Shown here piece after piece: positions 46,459 to 56,937 of a stretch of 64,000 bases of DNA. The stretch is from contig CAVQKE010000003.1 of NCBI GenBank assembly GCA_963713045.1, positions 160,001-224,000 on the forward strand, in the 5' to 3' direction. The position numbers and the translations under genes were made by a program. Origin of the DNA: an uncultured delta proteobacterium (lineage in GTDB: Bacteria; Myxococcota; Myxococcia; Myxococcales; Myxococcaceae). Each line of letters begins with the position of its first letter. The first letter of the stretch is position 1. The notes below the pieces were generated by a model. The model did no database searches and was not told where the DNA came from. It worked only from the letters and a program-made list of their open reading frames with translations.

Positions 46459-46746
46459 CGGCCTTCCTGGCCTGCGCTGCTGGTGCAGTGCAGGCCATCT
46501 CCGGGTGGCTTGTCCGCAGGGATAACCGACCGGTAGCCTTTGCGCACCAGGGGGTGTGTGAAGCACCTCAGCGCCTGAATACCCTCCCCGGGTGCGCCGT
46601 CCGAGGGGAAGCTTGCCGGTCCTAGCCTCGCTGCACTGCGCCGTCGGCCAGCGTAAATCCGGCCACTTAGCCCTTTGCTTTTTCGGCTGGGTTTGGCCCT
46701 CCAAGCGACATGCGTGCAGCCTGTTTCCGGTTAAATTGCGAGTGAA

Positions 46747-47526
46747 ATGACGAAGACGTTTCTGACGGTGCTTCTTTTGACCTTCGCGCCGGCGTTGGCC
46801 GAGGCGCAGCAATCGGCGGCTCCGCCGCCGGCCCCGCCTCAAACGGCACCGGCAGAGCCGCAAGCTGGCAGCGTGCCTCCAGCGCCAGCGGCGCCGGCGG
46901 CCGTGCCCCCGTCTTCACCCGCGCAGCAGCCCGTGTTGCGCGCTCAGGCGAGCGAGTTGCCGCAACCGGTGCAGCCCCCTGCGCCGCCACCGGCCAACGT
47001 CATTCCCTCCGCTCCTCCTGAGAACCCGGCGCCACCATCCGAGCAGTCTGCGGATGTGACAGCGCAGACGCCGGCGCCCACTGGGCAATGGGTCTACACC
47101 AGCCAATACGGCTGGCTTTGGATGCCTTACGGGAATGCGTACGCCTACCTTCCTCCCAATGGAGAAGCCCCGGACATGTACGTCTACTACCCCTACGTCG
47201 GCTGGACGTGGGTGGTGGCACCCTGGATTTGGGGCTGGGGACCGTGCCCGTATTTCGGCGTTTACGGGACGGTCGGCTTTGGCTGGTACGGGTACGGCTA
47301 TGGGCGCTGGTACGGCTACGGGGGCGCCTACGGCAATTGGTACGGGCGGGGCTACTGGGGTGGAGGGCGGTGGTACGGAGTGGGGGCGCCCTACCATCCC
47401 GCGGCACCCCGCGGTGCGTATGCGCCCGGCGGCGCGCACGGCGGCTACGCCGGACCCCACGGCAGTGCCGGCTACGTCGGCCACGGCGGGTTCAGCGGCG
47501 GGCACGGTGGCGGGGGCCACCGGTAG
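46747..47526 (+). CDS. Secreted Pro-rich / Gly-Tyr-Trp-rich protein, paralog B
   Basis: Same architecture and a closely similar core to paralog A. Confidence 0.8.
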   Translation: MTKTFLTVLLLTFAPALAEAQQSAAPPPAPPQTAPAEPQAGSVPPAPAAPAAVPPSSPAQQPVLRAQASELPQPVQPPAPPPANVIPSAPPENPAPPSEQSADVTAQTPAPTGQWVYTSQYGWLWMPYGNAYAYLPPNGEAPDMYVYYPYVGWTWVVAPWIWGWGPCPYFGVYGTVGFGWYGYGYGRWYGYGGAYGNWYGRGYWGGGRWYGVGAPYHPAAPRGAYAPGGAHGGYAGPHGSAGYVGHGGFSGGHGGGGHR

Positions 47527-47548
47527 CTGGCGGTCGCCGAAGCAAGCC

Positions 47549-49588
47549 CTACGGGGCCGACATGACGAAGGCCAGCAGCAGCACCACCGCCCCCTGGTAG
47601 CCGACGTCGGGCTCGGTCAATTCCCACGAAGACGCCGTGCAGGCTGTCCCGTTCCACCCGCAGCCGACTGAAAAGTCTCGGTAGGCATAGGCGGGAAACG
47701 TTCGGTTGGGGATGACGTAAGTACCGTCGTAGTACCAGTTGGGTCCCCCGGGGACCAACCCCGGAGCCGGTCCATAGGTGGAGGTTGCGCTGTCGGCCGC
47801 GTAGTAGGGGTACAGCGGCTCGGTCACGCCCTGTGGCTTGCCGTTGTAGGTGGTGTTGCCATGGTCACCATCGTTGACGGTGAATGAGAACCAGCTATGG
47901 AAAATTTGGAAGGAAGAGTGCTCGCCGCCGTAAGCGGCCATGTTGGTCATGTAGACCATGTTGAGGGGATTGAGTCCGAGCAAAAAATGCACATGCTTTT
48001 GCGCTAGGTCCAGTACCTCCGCTTCGGTGTGCGAACCCAGGATGCCCTGTCGGGCCGCCATGAAGAGGTTGAGCCCGTAGTAGGCCTGGCTCCGGTTACT
48101 GCCCCAGCTCCAATCCCATCCGTTGGTGGAGCTTCCGAACATGCCACCGTACGGCCCGTCGGCCGTGAATGCCGGGTCAACCAAGCCTTGCTGCACCCCG
48201 GTTTGAATCTTGGTTTTCACGGCTGGCGTGCCGGAAGCATTCATCAGGTAGTGCCAAGCTCCGGTCGAGATGACCGACTCGCCTGGCGTGACGGTGTCGG
48301 GAATCATCCCGTCCCAGGTGTCCCACGGAAACGCATCCGCAAAGGCCTGCGCCGAGGCCGCAGTCGGGTCCATTCGGAAAACCGCGGAGGCCGCCGCCGC
48401 CTTGAGGTCGTTCTCGCTTCCGGTTGCGGAGTAACCGTTCAACCAATTCCAGCCAGCCGTCGCCGCTGCAGCGTAGCCGCTGGCGATGGTGGTCTGGCCA
48501 ATGGCTCGGAAGACAATCGCTGCGTGGGCTAGCGAGAGGACCGCATTGCCAGTTGCCTCCCCGATGGTGACTCCACCGCCAGACCAGCCGTTGCCAGAGG
48601 GCGAGGTGCAATCGAAGTAGACCCGTGCCTCATTGGACGCGCTGGGAGGTGAGGTCACCGTCGGATTGTCGCCCTTGGTCGAGGTCATGAAGTGCCCGTC
48701 GGGCCGTTGCATCCTGAGGTAGAAGTCGAGCTCCCATTTTGCTTCGTCGAGGATGTCGGGAATGCCGTTGCCGCTCTCAGGGATGTTGAGCTGCCCGTCC
48801 GTCCAGGCGGTTGGATTGATTTCATAAGCAAAGAGCATCTGCGGCACGCCGCGGCCCCACAGCGTCTTCTGGTAATCGCCTGCGTCGTGCCAACCGCCGT
48901 GAACGTCCAGAGGCCCATTGTCCGCTGAGCCCGGCCCGGCGGGAGCCTGAGCGTCCCCTGCATGGCAGGCCCCATCCACCCATTCGCCGCCGATGCCTGG
49001 AAATCCAAGCAGGGCGTCGCTTGCGAAGGGCAGCTGCTTGTCGTGATTGCAGCGTTGGAAATAGTAGGCTTTGACCGAAGCGGCCCCGACGATGTTGTAG
49101 ATGTCGTCGGCAATTCGAAAGACATAGGACCGGACATTGAGCGACGGGGCATACAGGTAGTAGTCACCCGGCGTCGCGTAGGCGGTGAAGTCGACCGTTG
49201 CGTATCCGTCGCCAGAATAGGCGTCGGTCTGCAACGGACTGCCGGCGGTATAGCTGGCCACCACGCGGCCACTCGCCGCATTGATGAGCTGGACGGCGGC
49301 CCCCGCATTCCCAAGGAGAACCCCGGTTTTCGTGTCGCCGGTCCGCCAACCAAAGTTGTCGACGCGAAAAGCGCCGGTCACGGTTCCCATCGGCGTTGCC
49401 GTGCCACCGTCTGTGCCAGGTCCGCCGTCGACCTGGCCGGCGTCCGGGGTGCCGGAGCCGGTCCCCGAATCAGGCCCACCTTCGGCATTGGTCCCGGGCG
49501 TGCTGACCTGTCCGCTGCAGGCGGCCCACCCGAGCCCGAGCACGCACATCGCAGTCTTTAGAAGTCGCCTCAAAAAAGCAGCTGGCAT
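47549..49588 (-). CDS. Glycoside hydrolase family 9, probable lipoprotein
   Basis: WAAC lipobox-like, Ig-like domain, YFQRC, GGWHDAGDY, PDILDE.KW..D, LLG.NP, C-terminal TEPDVGYQ. Confidence 0.88.
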   Translation of the reverse strand: MPAAFLRRLLKTAMCVLGLGWAACSGQVSTPGTNAEGGPDSGTGSGTPDAGQVDGGPGTDGGTATPMGTVTGAFRVDNFGWRTGDTKTGVLLGNAGAAVQLINAASGRVVASYTAGSPLQTDAYSGDGYATVDFTAYATPGDYYLYAPSLNVRSYVFRIADDIYNIVGAASVKAYYFQRCNHDKQLPFASDALLGFPGIGGEWVDGACHAGDAQAPAGPGSADNGPLDVHGGWHDAGDYQKTLWGRGVPQMLFAYEINPTAWTDGQLNIPESGNGIPDILDEAKWELDFYLRMQRPDGHFMTSTKGDNPTVTSPPSASNEARVYFDCTSPSGNGWSGGGVTIGEATGNAVLSLAHAAIVFRAIGQTTIASGYAAAATAGWNWLNGYSATGSENDLKAAAASAVFRMDPTAASAQAFADAFPWDTWDGMIPDTVTPGESVISTGAWHYLMNASGTPAVKTKIQTGVQQGLVDPAFTADGPYGGMFGSSTNGWDWSWGSNRSQAYYGLNLFMAARQGILGSHTEAEVLDLAQKHVHFLLGLNPLNMVYMTNMAAYGGEHSSFQIFHSWFSFTVNDGDHGNTTYNGKPQGVTEPLYPYYAADSATSTYGPAPGLVPGGPNWYYDGTYVIPNRTFPAYAYRDFSVGCGWNGTACTASSWELTEPDVGYQGAVVLLLAFVMSAP

Positions 49589-49737
49589 CGGGTCGACGAC
49601 AAGCAAGCCCCAGGCCCGGCGATAGAGGCCTGATTTTGCGGGGTAGCTACCAAAGGGTGGACCACACCTGAGGTGGAGAGGCCCCCACACTGGGACTGGG
49701 CAAAGGCGCGACTTCGCTCGCCTGCGGCGCAGCCCGC

Positions 49738-50313
49738 CTAGTGACGCTCCTCGTTGTGCTGTTCCCCGTGCTGGGCTTCATGTGTCGGGGGATGCTGCTG
49801 CGGGGGCGGGCGCGCCTGTGGCTCCTCGTGCATCGGCTGCGCGTGAGGCGGCTGTTTCATCGGTTCTTCGTAATGCGCGGGGGGATAGTGCGCAGGTTGC
49901 CCGCCGTGGGGCGCGATGAATTCTTCGTGCCTTCCATTCCACGAGTGTCCGTAGTTGTACGCCCACTGCGGAGGGAGTCCCGGATGCCATCCCCTCCAGT
50001 TGGACGGGCGCCGGTGGTAGTAGTTGACGGGCACAATCAAAAGAGGCTGTGGGATGTATTCCGGCGCAACGAAAACCCACGGCCCGTTGTAGCCGCCGGA
50101 GCTGTACCAATTCCCGTTGGCAAAGGCCCAGTATTGGCCACCGTAGAAGAAGACATTGGCCGAGGCAGTCGGAACGTACTGGACCGCTTGGACCTCAGGC
50201 ACCACCACCAGCTGAGGGGGCGCTGGGAAGCTAAAGCCCAGGTTGACCTGCACTTGGGCGGCTGCTGGCGCAGCGAGGAGACACGCAAGAAGGGCGACCA
50301 GAATAAAGTACAT
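49738..50313 (-). CDS. Secreted hypothetical protein, aromatic-rich with His/Pro/Gln tail
   Basis: Signal peptide, PPQLVVVP, FFYGGQYW...GNWY....YNGPW; GGAGG RBS. Confidence 0.75.
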   Translation of the reverse strand: MYFILVALLACLLAAPAAAQVQVNLGFSFPAPPQLVVVPEVQAVQYVPTASANVFFYGGQYWAFANGNWYSSGGYNGPWVFVAPEYIPQPLLIVPVNYYHRRPSNWRGWHPGLPPQWAYNYGHSWNGRHEEFIAPHGGQPAHYPPAHYEEPMKQPPHAQPMHEEPQARPPPQQHPPTHEAQHGEQHNEERH

Positions 50314-50642
50314 CGACGTTTCCTCCGACCTCATCCGTTTTGTGTGACTTCGGCCCAGACCTAGTGACGGGAAGCCGAGTTGAGAAGCTAGCTTGGCGCC
50401 CGGCCCCGGTGGCAAGAGCCGGTCCTGGAAATATTGCCCTCGGCGCCGACACTCGTCGCGCAGAGACCGAAAATGCCAGCCATGCCGAACATAGAAATAG
50501 TGACTGCCTGAGCTGCCGGCAAGGAGGCGCAGACCCAGTCCTGTCAGACGCTGTTTCACGGCGCTTTTGGATTCAGGCGCCCGATGGGGTATTTGCGCGA
50601 CGCGAGCCGTCCCCGCAGTCAGCCTGGGAGCGCTTGAGGAAA

Positions 50643-50981
50643 ATGGGGAAATTCCAGATGGCGCTCCTGTTGACGTTCGGGTTCAGCCTCGTGGGCGTGG
50701 TCGGTGACTATTTCCTCAAAATCGCCAGCGCCTCGGAGCGACCGTTGAGAACCGCTGCGTTTTTCGTCGGTTTTGCGGTGTACGCCTCCACCGCGTTTGG
50801 GTGGCTCTTCGCGATGCGGCACCTGAAGCTGGCCACCATTGGCGTGGTCTACTCGGTGTCCATCATCCTTCTGCTGACAACTGTCGGCGTCGTCTTTTTT
50901 CATGAGCGACTGCGCCCCGCAGAAGTCCTTGGCATCGCCTTTGCCCTTGCTTCGCTCGCGCTGCTGGTTCGCTTTTCGTGA
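50643..50981 (+). CDS. SMR/DMT-like small membrane transporter
   Basis: 4 TM helices, GD.FLK, LATIGVVYS, GVVFFHERL. Confidence 0.75.
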   Translation: MGKFQMALLLTFGFSLVGVVGDYFLKIASASERPLRTAAFFVGFAVYASTAFGWLFAMRHLKLATIGVVYSVSIILLLTTVGVVFFHERLRPAEVLGIAFALASLALLVRFS

Positions 50982-51108
50982 GACTTCGGACGAAGGCGTG
51001 TCAACTTTGACTTTGCTCGGGGCCCGAGGGAGCGCGCGGAGGGGTTCGGGCCGAACCGCTCCGCACGACAGACGGGGGTGGGGCGCGCTCGAGCCCGCCG
51101 GTCTGTGG

Positions 51109-52197
51109 CTACTCTGGCAAGAAGAAAAGGCCCGTCGGCTTGCCGAAGCCAATCACCGCTGGAGCGATGGTCGCGTAGCCGTTGCCGGTGACGTCAGCAG
51201 GATTGATGTCTAGAGTGCCGACGACGCCAATAACTCCCGAGTCGTTTGGCAACTCGGTGAAGATTTGTCCGGCCGTAAAGGGACCAGTCATCTTCCAGAT
51301 GGTGTTCTTCGTTGCATCGGCCACCAGGAGTGAGCCCGACGCGCCGTTCGGTATCCAGACCGTGTCGTCCATTTCTGAGCCTGTCGCGTAGCGCGTCACT
51401 GCCTGATTCGCTTCTCCAGCATTCGCAATGACGAGCATTTCCTGCCCTGCCTGGTCAATGAGAATCAGCTCGCCCGCCGGGTCCACGTTGAGCGAGTCTG
51501 GGTCGATCACGTTCAGGGTGTAGTTGGTGTTCCCGCTCGCAATGTCGTTCACCCCAGTGGCAGTCCCCGAGAGCGCAGTGGCAAACGTCGCCGTCGTTCC
51601 AGAAATGGTCGCGGTGTAAAGGCAGGGGCCGTTGTGGACGCCATCGGGGTTTGCTGGGTTGGAAGCGACAACAAACAACTTTCCATTCAGGAACCAAAGG
51701 TCATCCAACCCTCCGCCATGAGGTGGGTTGCTCGTCCCATCTGCGAACACCAACGTGTAGGTGGTAATCGCCGCCGTGCCGGTCATCGTCGGGTCAATGG
51801 AGTAGAGGGCGGGGTTGGCGTCCTCGTTCGAGGTCGCCCAGATTTTCTTGCCCACCGTGTCATACCGCAACCCATCGTTGTGCCCGGGAATCGAGTAGCT
51901 GTTGACGATGCTTGTCCCGTCGGCGCTGTACTCGACGATGGTGCTCGCGCCCTCGTTGGCGCCGCCCGTCTTGTTGGAATTGTTCTGATAGCCAACCCAG
52001 ACATGCGTTCCGTCATATTCGATGGAGTCAGGGTTGGGGTTAGTCCCGCCGTCCGCCCAAACGGAAACGAAGTAGCCCGGCAGACCGGGAAGGGCGCTCT
52101 GGGGGCCCGCATCGGCAGGGCTAGTCGAAGAAGAACAGCCCATCGGGCCCGCGGAGAGCACGAGCGCAACACATCCGAGTAGCGGCAAGGGACGCAT
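51109..52197 (-). CDS. Hypothetical lipoprotein, probable beta-propeller
   Basis: MGC lipobox; NPDSI, GHNDGLR, SNEDAN, HGGG.DD, DPDSL repeats. Confidence 0.75.
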   Translation of the reverse strand: MRPLPLLGCVALVLSAGPMGCSSSTSPADAGPQSALPGLPGYFVSVWADGGTNPNPDSIEYDGTHVWVGYQNNSNKTGGANEGASTIVEYSADGTSIVNSYSIPGHNDGLRYDTVGKKIWATSNEDANPALYSIDPTMTGTAAITTYTLVFADGTSNPPHGGGLDDLWFLNGKLFVVASNPANPDGVHNGPCLYTATISGTTATFATALSGTATGVNDIASGNTNYTLNVIDPDSLNVDPAGELILIDQAGQEMLVIANAGEANQAVTRYATGSEMDDTVWIPNGASGSLLVADATKNTIWKMTGPFTAGQIFTELPNDSGVIGVVGTLDINPADVTGNGYATIAPAVIGFGKPTGLFFLPE

Positions 52198-52360
52198 GAG
52201 ACGCCAGCCTTTCCCGGCGTCCAGAACACCGGTCGGCCCTCAGGAATTGAGGGCGTGGCGCGTGTCCCACACCCGGTTGACGTTTCGGCGACACCGAGGC
52301 CCCGTTTCGATGCCAAGCAGCTACGTAGCTGCATCACACCGATGCTCTCCGGCAAACGTT

Positions 52361-55300
52361 TTACACGGAGCCCAAATTCGGTCCCGACGACGAAGCCTTC
52401 GGCCTCTCGGTCCCGCCAGCCAGCAAGGGCACCAAAAACAGCGTGGCCAGCGTTGAAAAAAACAGGCCGCCGACGACGGCGATTGCCAGGGGCCTCAACA
52501 GCACACCCCCCGAACCGATGCCGACCACCAACGGCGTGAGAGCAACCAGGGTGGCCAGCGTCGTCATCAAAATCGGCCGCAGCCGGCTCTGCGGGGCAGA
52601 CGCGAAGGCGTCCCGCCGACCCATCCCACTGGCTTGGAAAGCAATGGCTTGGTCCACCAGCAGGATGCCATTCTTCACCACCAGTCCTACGAGGAGAATG
52701 ATGCCCATCAGGGACGAGACGTTGAGCGACACGCCGGTCACCCACAGCGCCAAGATGGCCCCTCCGACGGCAACCGGCGCCGCCGCCAGGACGGCCGCGG
52801 CGTAGCGAAACGAACGGAGCTGGAAGAGAAGAACGCCGAAGACGCCAGCGACTGCCCCGCAGAACACCGTCAGAAGCGAGCGAAAGCTGCTGCGCTGCTG
52901 GTCCAACAGACCGCCAAGTTCCCACGTGTAGCCAACCGGGAGCTGCAGGCCCTGGAGCCGCTGGAGGACCTGAGCGGCGACAGTGCCGAGACTTGCGTTC
53001 GACAGCCGACCCGTCAGGTGCACCATATTTCGCTGGTTCTCTCGAAGAATGATGGATGACGGACAAGTCTTATTGACTTGGGTGAGGGCGAGAACGGGGA
53101 CCGCGGCGCCGCTCGGTGTGACCACCCGCGCTTCCTCAAGCGCCGCCGGCGGGGGCGGGAGCAGCGGGTCGATGCCACTGAGCTTGACTCGCACATTCTC
53201 CAACCGGTCGCTGCGACGCACTTGGGTCGCCACCTCGCCGGTGAAGGCTGCGGCCAGCTGGTCAGAAATGCTGCTGGTAGAGAGCCCCACCCGCGACGCC
53301 GCAAAGGAGTCGACGCGAAGGTCCGTCTCGGGTGCACAGCCTTCGTCCCCATCGAAGAAGTCAACCAACCCTGGCGTGTCACGAATTCGCCTCGCCGCCT
53401 CCGCCGCTGCTCGACGAAGCACGGACTGGTCTGGGCCGAAGATTTTCACCTCAATGGGCTCCGGTGCGCCCTGGAGGTCTCCCAACATGTCCGTCAGCAC
53501 CTGCACAAACTCGACCCGGAGACCAGGAGCGAGGTGCGCGATGGCCTCTCGCTGAGCGTACATAATTTGGTCGATGCTCCGCTGTCGGTGACTCGCGAGG
53601 CGAACTGCCACATCGCCGCGCGAGGGGAGTGTCGCCACCGGTGGTCCCAGTTCCGTTCCCAATCGCCGGTTGAAAGCCGTCACCTCGGGCGTCTTGCGGA
53701 GCACTTCTTCGATGAATTGTGCGAGGCGGTCCGTTTCTGCCAGCGACGAAGCGACCGGAGCAAAGTAGTCAATGACGTACGAGCCTTCGTCGGCTTCCGG
53801 CAGAAAGTCGGTGGGCAACCGGGTCGTTACCCAGGTTGCCCAAAGCAAGAAGATGGCCGTTCCGCCGAGGGCTCGCACCGGCCATCGAAGGACTTGCCTC
53901 TGCAGACGAGCGAAGAGCCGCTTTGACTCCGGTCGTTGTGCCCTCACCGGCACGCTTCGGAGCCAACGCGCAGCCAGTGCCGGTAGGACGAGCAAAGCCA
54001 CCGGCAGTGAAAGCAGGACTGCCGAGGCAAGCGCCAATGAAAGGGAAAGGAAGAATTGACCTGCCACTCCGGACAGCAAGCCCAATGGAAGGAAGACCAC
54101 CACCGTGGTCAGTGTCGTGCCAACCACTGGCCAGGCGAGTTCATCCGTTCCGCGCTGCGCTGCCAGCTCGGCACTATCGCCAGCCTCCAAGTGCCGGTGG
54201 ATGGCTTCCACCACCACCACGGCGTCGTCGATGACCAAACCGACGGCGATGGCCAGCCCACCCAGCGACATCAAGTTGAGGGTTTGGCCCAGGGCAGCGA
54301 GCACCAACAACGTCGCGCCCAGGGTCAGCGGGAGAGAGCTGGCGACGATGAGCGTCGCCCTCCAGTCCCGAAGAAAGGCTGCGAGCACGATGACGGCGAA
54401 CAGGGCGCCAAACAGCACCGCGTCTCGCACCCCTCGGACACCATCCGATACGAATTCGGACTGGACATAAACCGGTGTGATGGTCACCCCGGAGGGAAGT
54501 GCTGGCCGAAGCTGTCCCAGGGTCGCCCATACGGCCGCCGCGAGTTCAAGCGCGTCGCCACCCGGGCGGCGCGCCACGTTGAGAATCACCCCGGGATGGC
54601 CGTCGGTGCGAATGACGGTCGTCTGTGGCGCGAGGCCTTCGGCGACCTGCCCGAGGTCGGAAATTCGGAGCGGTGCTAGGTCGGTTCCTCCGACGACGGT
54701 CCGGCCCACTTCCTCAGCCGACTGGAAGCTTCCGGTCACCACGCCTAGGGACAGCTCATGGAGGTCTGTGAGCCGGGCGACGGCCTGGATTTGGTTGTGT
54801 TGTCTCAGACGCTCGGCGACTTGCGGAACCGAGAGATGGGCTGCCTCCAGGCGGTTGGTTGCCAGCAGCACTTGCAGCTCCGGAATGTCGGAGGACTGCA
54901 CGGACACTAACCCGGCGCTTGGGAGACCAGACAGCGCCGGGCGCAGCGTGTACTGGGCCAGAAGATAGAGCTCACTAGCGGGATAGGGACCCTCGACATT
55001 GAGCGAGAGAATGGGAAAGCTGCTGGGAAGAACGCGAGTGGCCGTCACCTCGGTCCCGGTCGGCAACCCCTCGCGCAGCTCAGCAATCCTGGCGAGTACC
55101 TGCGGGTGGAGCGCCGTCATGTCCGCATCGGGAGCGAAGTACATCGCGAGCTCCGCACCCCCGCGCACGGTCCGGCTGCGAATCCGCACCACCCCGGGAA
55201 TGGCGGTCAGTACCTCCTCCAAGCGACGGGTAACACCGGCTAGAACGGTCTCCCCTGGCGCGCCGGCCAGGAGGGCCACCACCTGTTCGCGCGGAAAGCT

Positions 55301-55420
55301 GACCTCAGGATAGATGCCCTTCGGGAGATGGCCGGCCTCGAAGGCGCCGCCGACGGCGGCCAGGACGGCAAAGAAGACGAATGCACGCCCGTGGCGCAGC
55401 GCGAACCGCCCGACTGTCAT
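52361..55420 (-). CDS. RND efflux permease (AcrB/CusA family)
   Basis: NLMSLGGLAIAVGLVIDDAVVVVE, GLVVKNGILLV, RLRPILMTTL, PLAIAVVGGL. Confidence 0.95.
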   Translation of the reverse strand: MTVGRFALRHGRAFVFFAVLAAVGGAFEAGHLPKGIYPEVSFPREQVVALLAGAPGETVLAGVTRRLEEVLTAIPGVVRIRSRTVRGGAELAMYFAPDADMTALHPQVLARIAELREGLPTGTEVTATRVLPSSFPILSLNVEGPYPASELYLLAQYTLRPALSGLPSAGLVSVQSSDIPELQVLLATNRLEAAHLSVPQVAERLRQHNQIQAVARLTDLHELSLGVVTGSFQSAEEVGRTVVGGTDLAPLRISDLGQVAEGLAPQTTVIRTDGHPGVILNVARRPGGDALELAAAVWATLGQLRPALPSGVTITPVYVQSEFVSDGVRGVRDAVLFGALFAVIVLAAFLRDWRATLIVASSLPLTLGATLLVLAALGQTLNLMSLGGLAIAVGLVIDDAVVVVEAIHRHLEAGDSAELAAQRGTDELAWPVVGTTLTTVVVFLPLGLLSGVAGQFFLSLSLALASAVLLSLPVALLVLPALAARWLRSVPVRAQRPESKRLFARLQRQVLRWPVRALGGTAIFLLWATWVTTRLPTDFLPEADEGSYVIDYFAPVASSLAETDRLAQFIEEVLRKTPEVTAFNRRLGTELGPPVATLPSRGDVAVRLASHRQRSIDQIMYAQREAIAHLAPGLRVEFVQVLTDMLGDLQGAPEPIEVKIFGPDQSVLRRAAAEAARRIRDTPGLVDFFDGDEGCAPETDLRVDSFAASRVGLSTSSISDQLAAAFTGEVATQVRRSDRLENVRVKLSGIDPLLPPPPAALEEARVVTPSGAAVPVLALTQVNKTCPSSIILRENQRNMVHLTGRLSNASLGTVAAQVLQRLQGLQLPVGYTWELGGLLDQQRSSFRSLLTVFCGAVAGVFGVLLFQLRSFRYAAAVLAAAPVAVGGAILALWVTGVSLNVSSLMGIILLVGLVVKNGILLVDQAIAFQASGMGRRDAFASAPQSRLRPILMTTLATLVALTPLVVGIGSGGVLLRPLAIAVVGGLFFSTLATLFLVPLLAGGTERPKASSSGPNLGSV

Positions 55421-56523
55421 TGTGGCTTCTCGCTGCGGACACCTCCGTCCACCACCTGCACTGCGGTGCCGTCGGGGAGTGAATAGCTGCCGACGAGAAC
55501 GACGCGGTCCCCTGCCCTCAAGCCCGCGAGAATCTCTGCATACTGGGTGTCCTTCACCCCGACCTGCACACCCTGTCGGCGGACGTGCCCGTCGTCCGTC
55601 AGGACATTGACCGAGGTTTCTAGCGAGCCAGGGGCGGCTGGGATGAGGGCCGCGAGCGGCACGCGAATCGCGTCGGGGATGAGGCGAAGCACAATCCGAG
55701 CCTCCGCCGCCACCCCGACCTTCAGACGTCCACCGGGGTTGTTTATCTCCACCCGCACTCGCACCAGGCCGGATGCCGGGTCGACCGCCGGAGAGACCGC
55801 CCGAACCGTGCCTGGCTCCGGCTTTGACGAGCCCGCCACCGCGACGTCGGCAGCTTGCCCTGGCGCGAGCAGACCGGCCCGCGCCGGCGAGGCGCCTCCC
55901 TGAAGCTCGAGGAGGTCGACCTGCGCAATTTCGAGAATGGGCTTGCCAGTGCCGTCCATCGGTTCGCCCACCGCTGCGTAGAGATGGGAGACAACGGCGT
56001 CCATCGAGGCCACGACTTCGCCACGCGTCATCTGGTTCAGCGCGAGGGAAACTCCAGCGGAAGCCGCCTTGACCGCGCCCAGCGCCGCTGTCAGCTGCGC
56101 CTGCATATCCTCCACCTCCTTCCGAGGACCCGCGCCGGCGTCCCAGAGGTCCTCTGCCCTGGCGAGGTGTTGACGGGCATTCAGCGCCTGCCCCTGCGCC
56201 TGCTGGAGCTGGGCCTCGGCCTGCGCGCGACTGTCGCGCAAGGGGGCCGGGTCGAGCCGCGCCAGCACCTGGCCGCGATGGACACTGTCCCCCTCGGCAA
56301 CGTCGAGCTCGGCCAGCCGTCCGGGGACGAGGACACCCAGCCGTGCGCTCTTGCCGGGGGGCGGCTCGAGCGTTCCAGACACCAAGAGCAAGTCGGACAC
56401 AGGCCCTTGGTCAACTGTGCTGACGCTGACCACCGGGTCTGCCGCCACGACGGGCGGCGCCGAGGGACGCGAACAACTCAAGAGGGTGAGGACGGTGCAG
56501 CTGACTCTCAGCGCATGCGACAC
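55417..56523 (-). CDS. RND periplasmic adaptor (start uncertain; ORF open to 56613)
   Basis: LLSC lipobox, V.EGD.V.RGQVLA.LD lipoyl motif, helical hairpin, GL..GDRVV. Confidence 0.9.
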   Translation of the reverse strand: MSHALRVSCTVLTLLSCSRPSAPPVVAADPVVSVSTVDQGPVSDLLLVSGTLEPPPGKSARLGVLVPGRLAELDVAEGDSVHRGQVLARLDPAPLRDSRAQAEAQLQQAQGQALNARQHLARAEDLWDAGAGPRKEVEDMQAQLTAALGAVKAASAGVSLALNQMTRGEVVASMDAVVSHLYAAVGEPMDGTGKPILEIAQVDLLELQGGASPARAGLLAPGQAADVAVAGSSKPEPGTVRAVSPAVDPASGLVRVRVEINNPGGRLKVGVAAEARIVLRLIPDAIRVPLAALIPAAPGSLETSVNVLTDDGHVRRQGVQVGVKDTQYAEILAGLRAGDRVVLVGSYSLPDGTAVQVVDGGVRSEKPQ

Positions 56524-56751
56524 TCCTGTGAAGCCTCTTTGCCAAGGAAGGCCCACCGCGACGCTGCGGGTAGAGACGTGGATTCTTTGGAAAGCGAAAT
56601 GTCGCTGGGTCAAGAGCCTTCCCCGGCCGTGCGCGGATGGCCGGGTCCTCCAGTCGAAGGCTTAGCGTCCAACTGAAAACGCTCCAAACCTCCCAGTGCG
56701 CCTGCGCGCTGAAGTAGGCTAGCAGCCTGCAACTCCACGAGGGGAGAACCC

Positions 56752-56937
56752 ATGCTGTTCAGGAAGCTGTTTCAGCTGCTTGTTCTCGGAGGAGCCGTGG
56801 TCGGCACCTCGTCTGCCTGCACACCACGCGCTGAGGCACAGTCCGGGGGCCCCAAGCGGGGGGCGGGCGACGCAGGCCACGCACCGGATGCCGGCCCGAC
56901 GGCCACAGCGCCCGGCGGAGGAGTCCAGGGCTGGTGA
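56752..56937 (+). CDS. 61-aa putative lipopeptide ending GGGVQGW
   Basis: GGGGAG RBS; basic plus hydrophobic signal to SSAC; stop overlaps the next start (GTGA). Confidence 0.7.
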   Translation: MLFRKLFQLLVLGGAVVGTSSACTPRAEAQSGGPKRGAGDAGHAPDAGPTATAPGGGVQGW

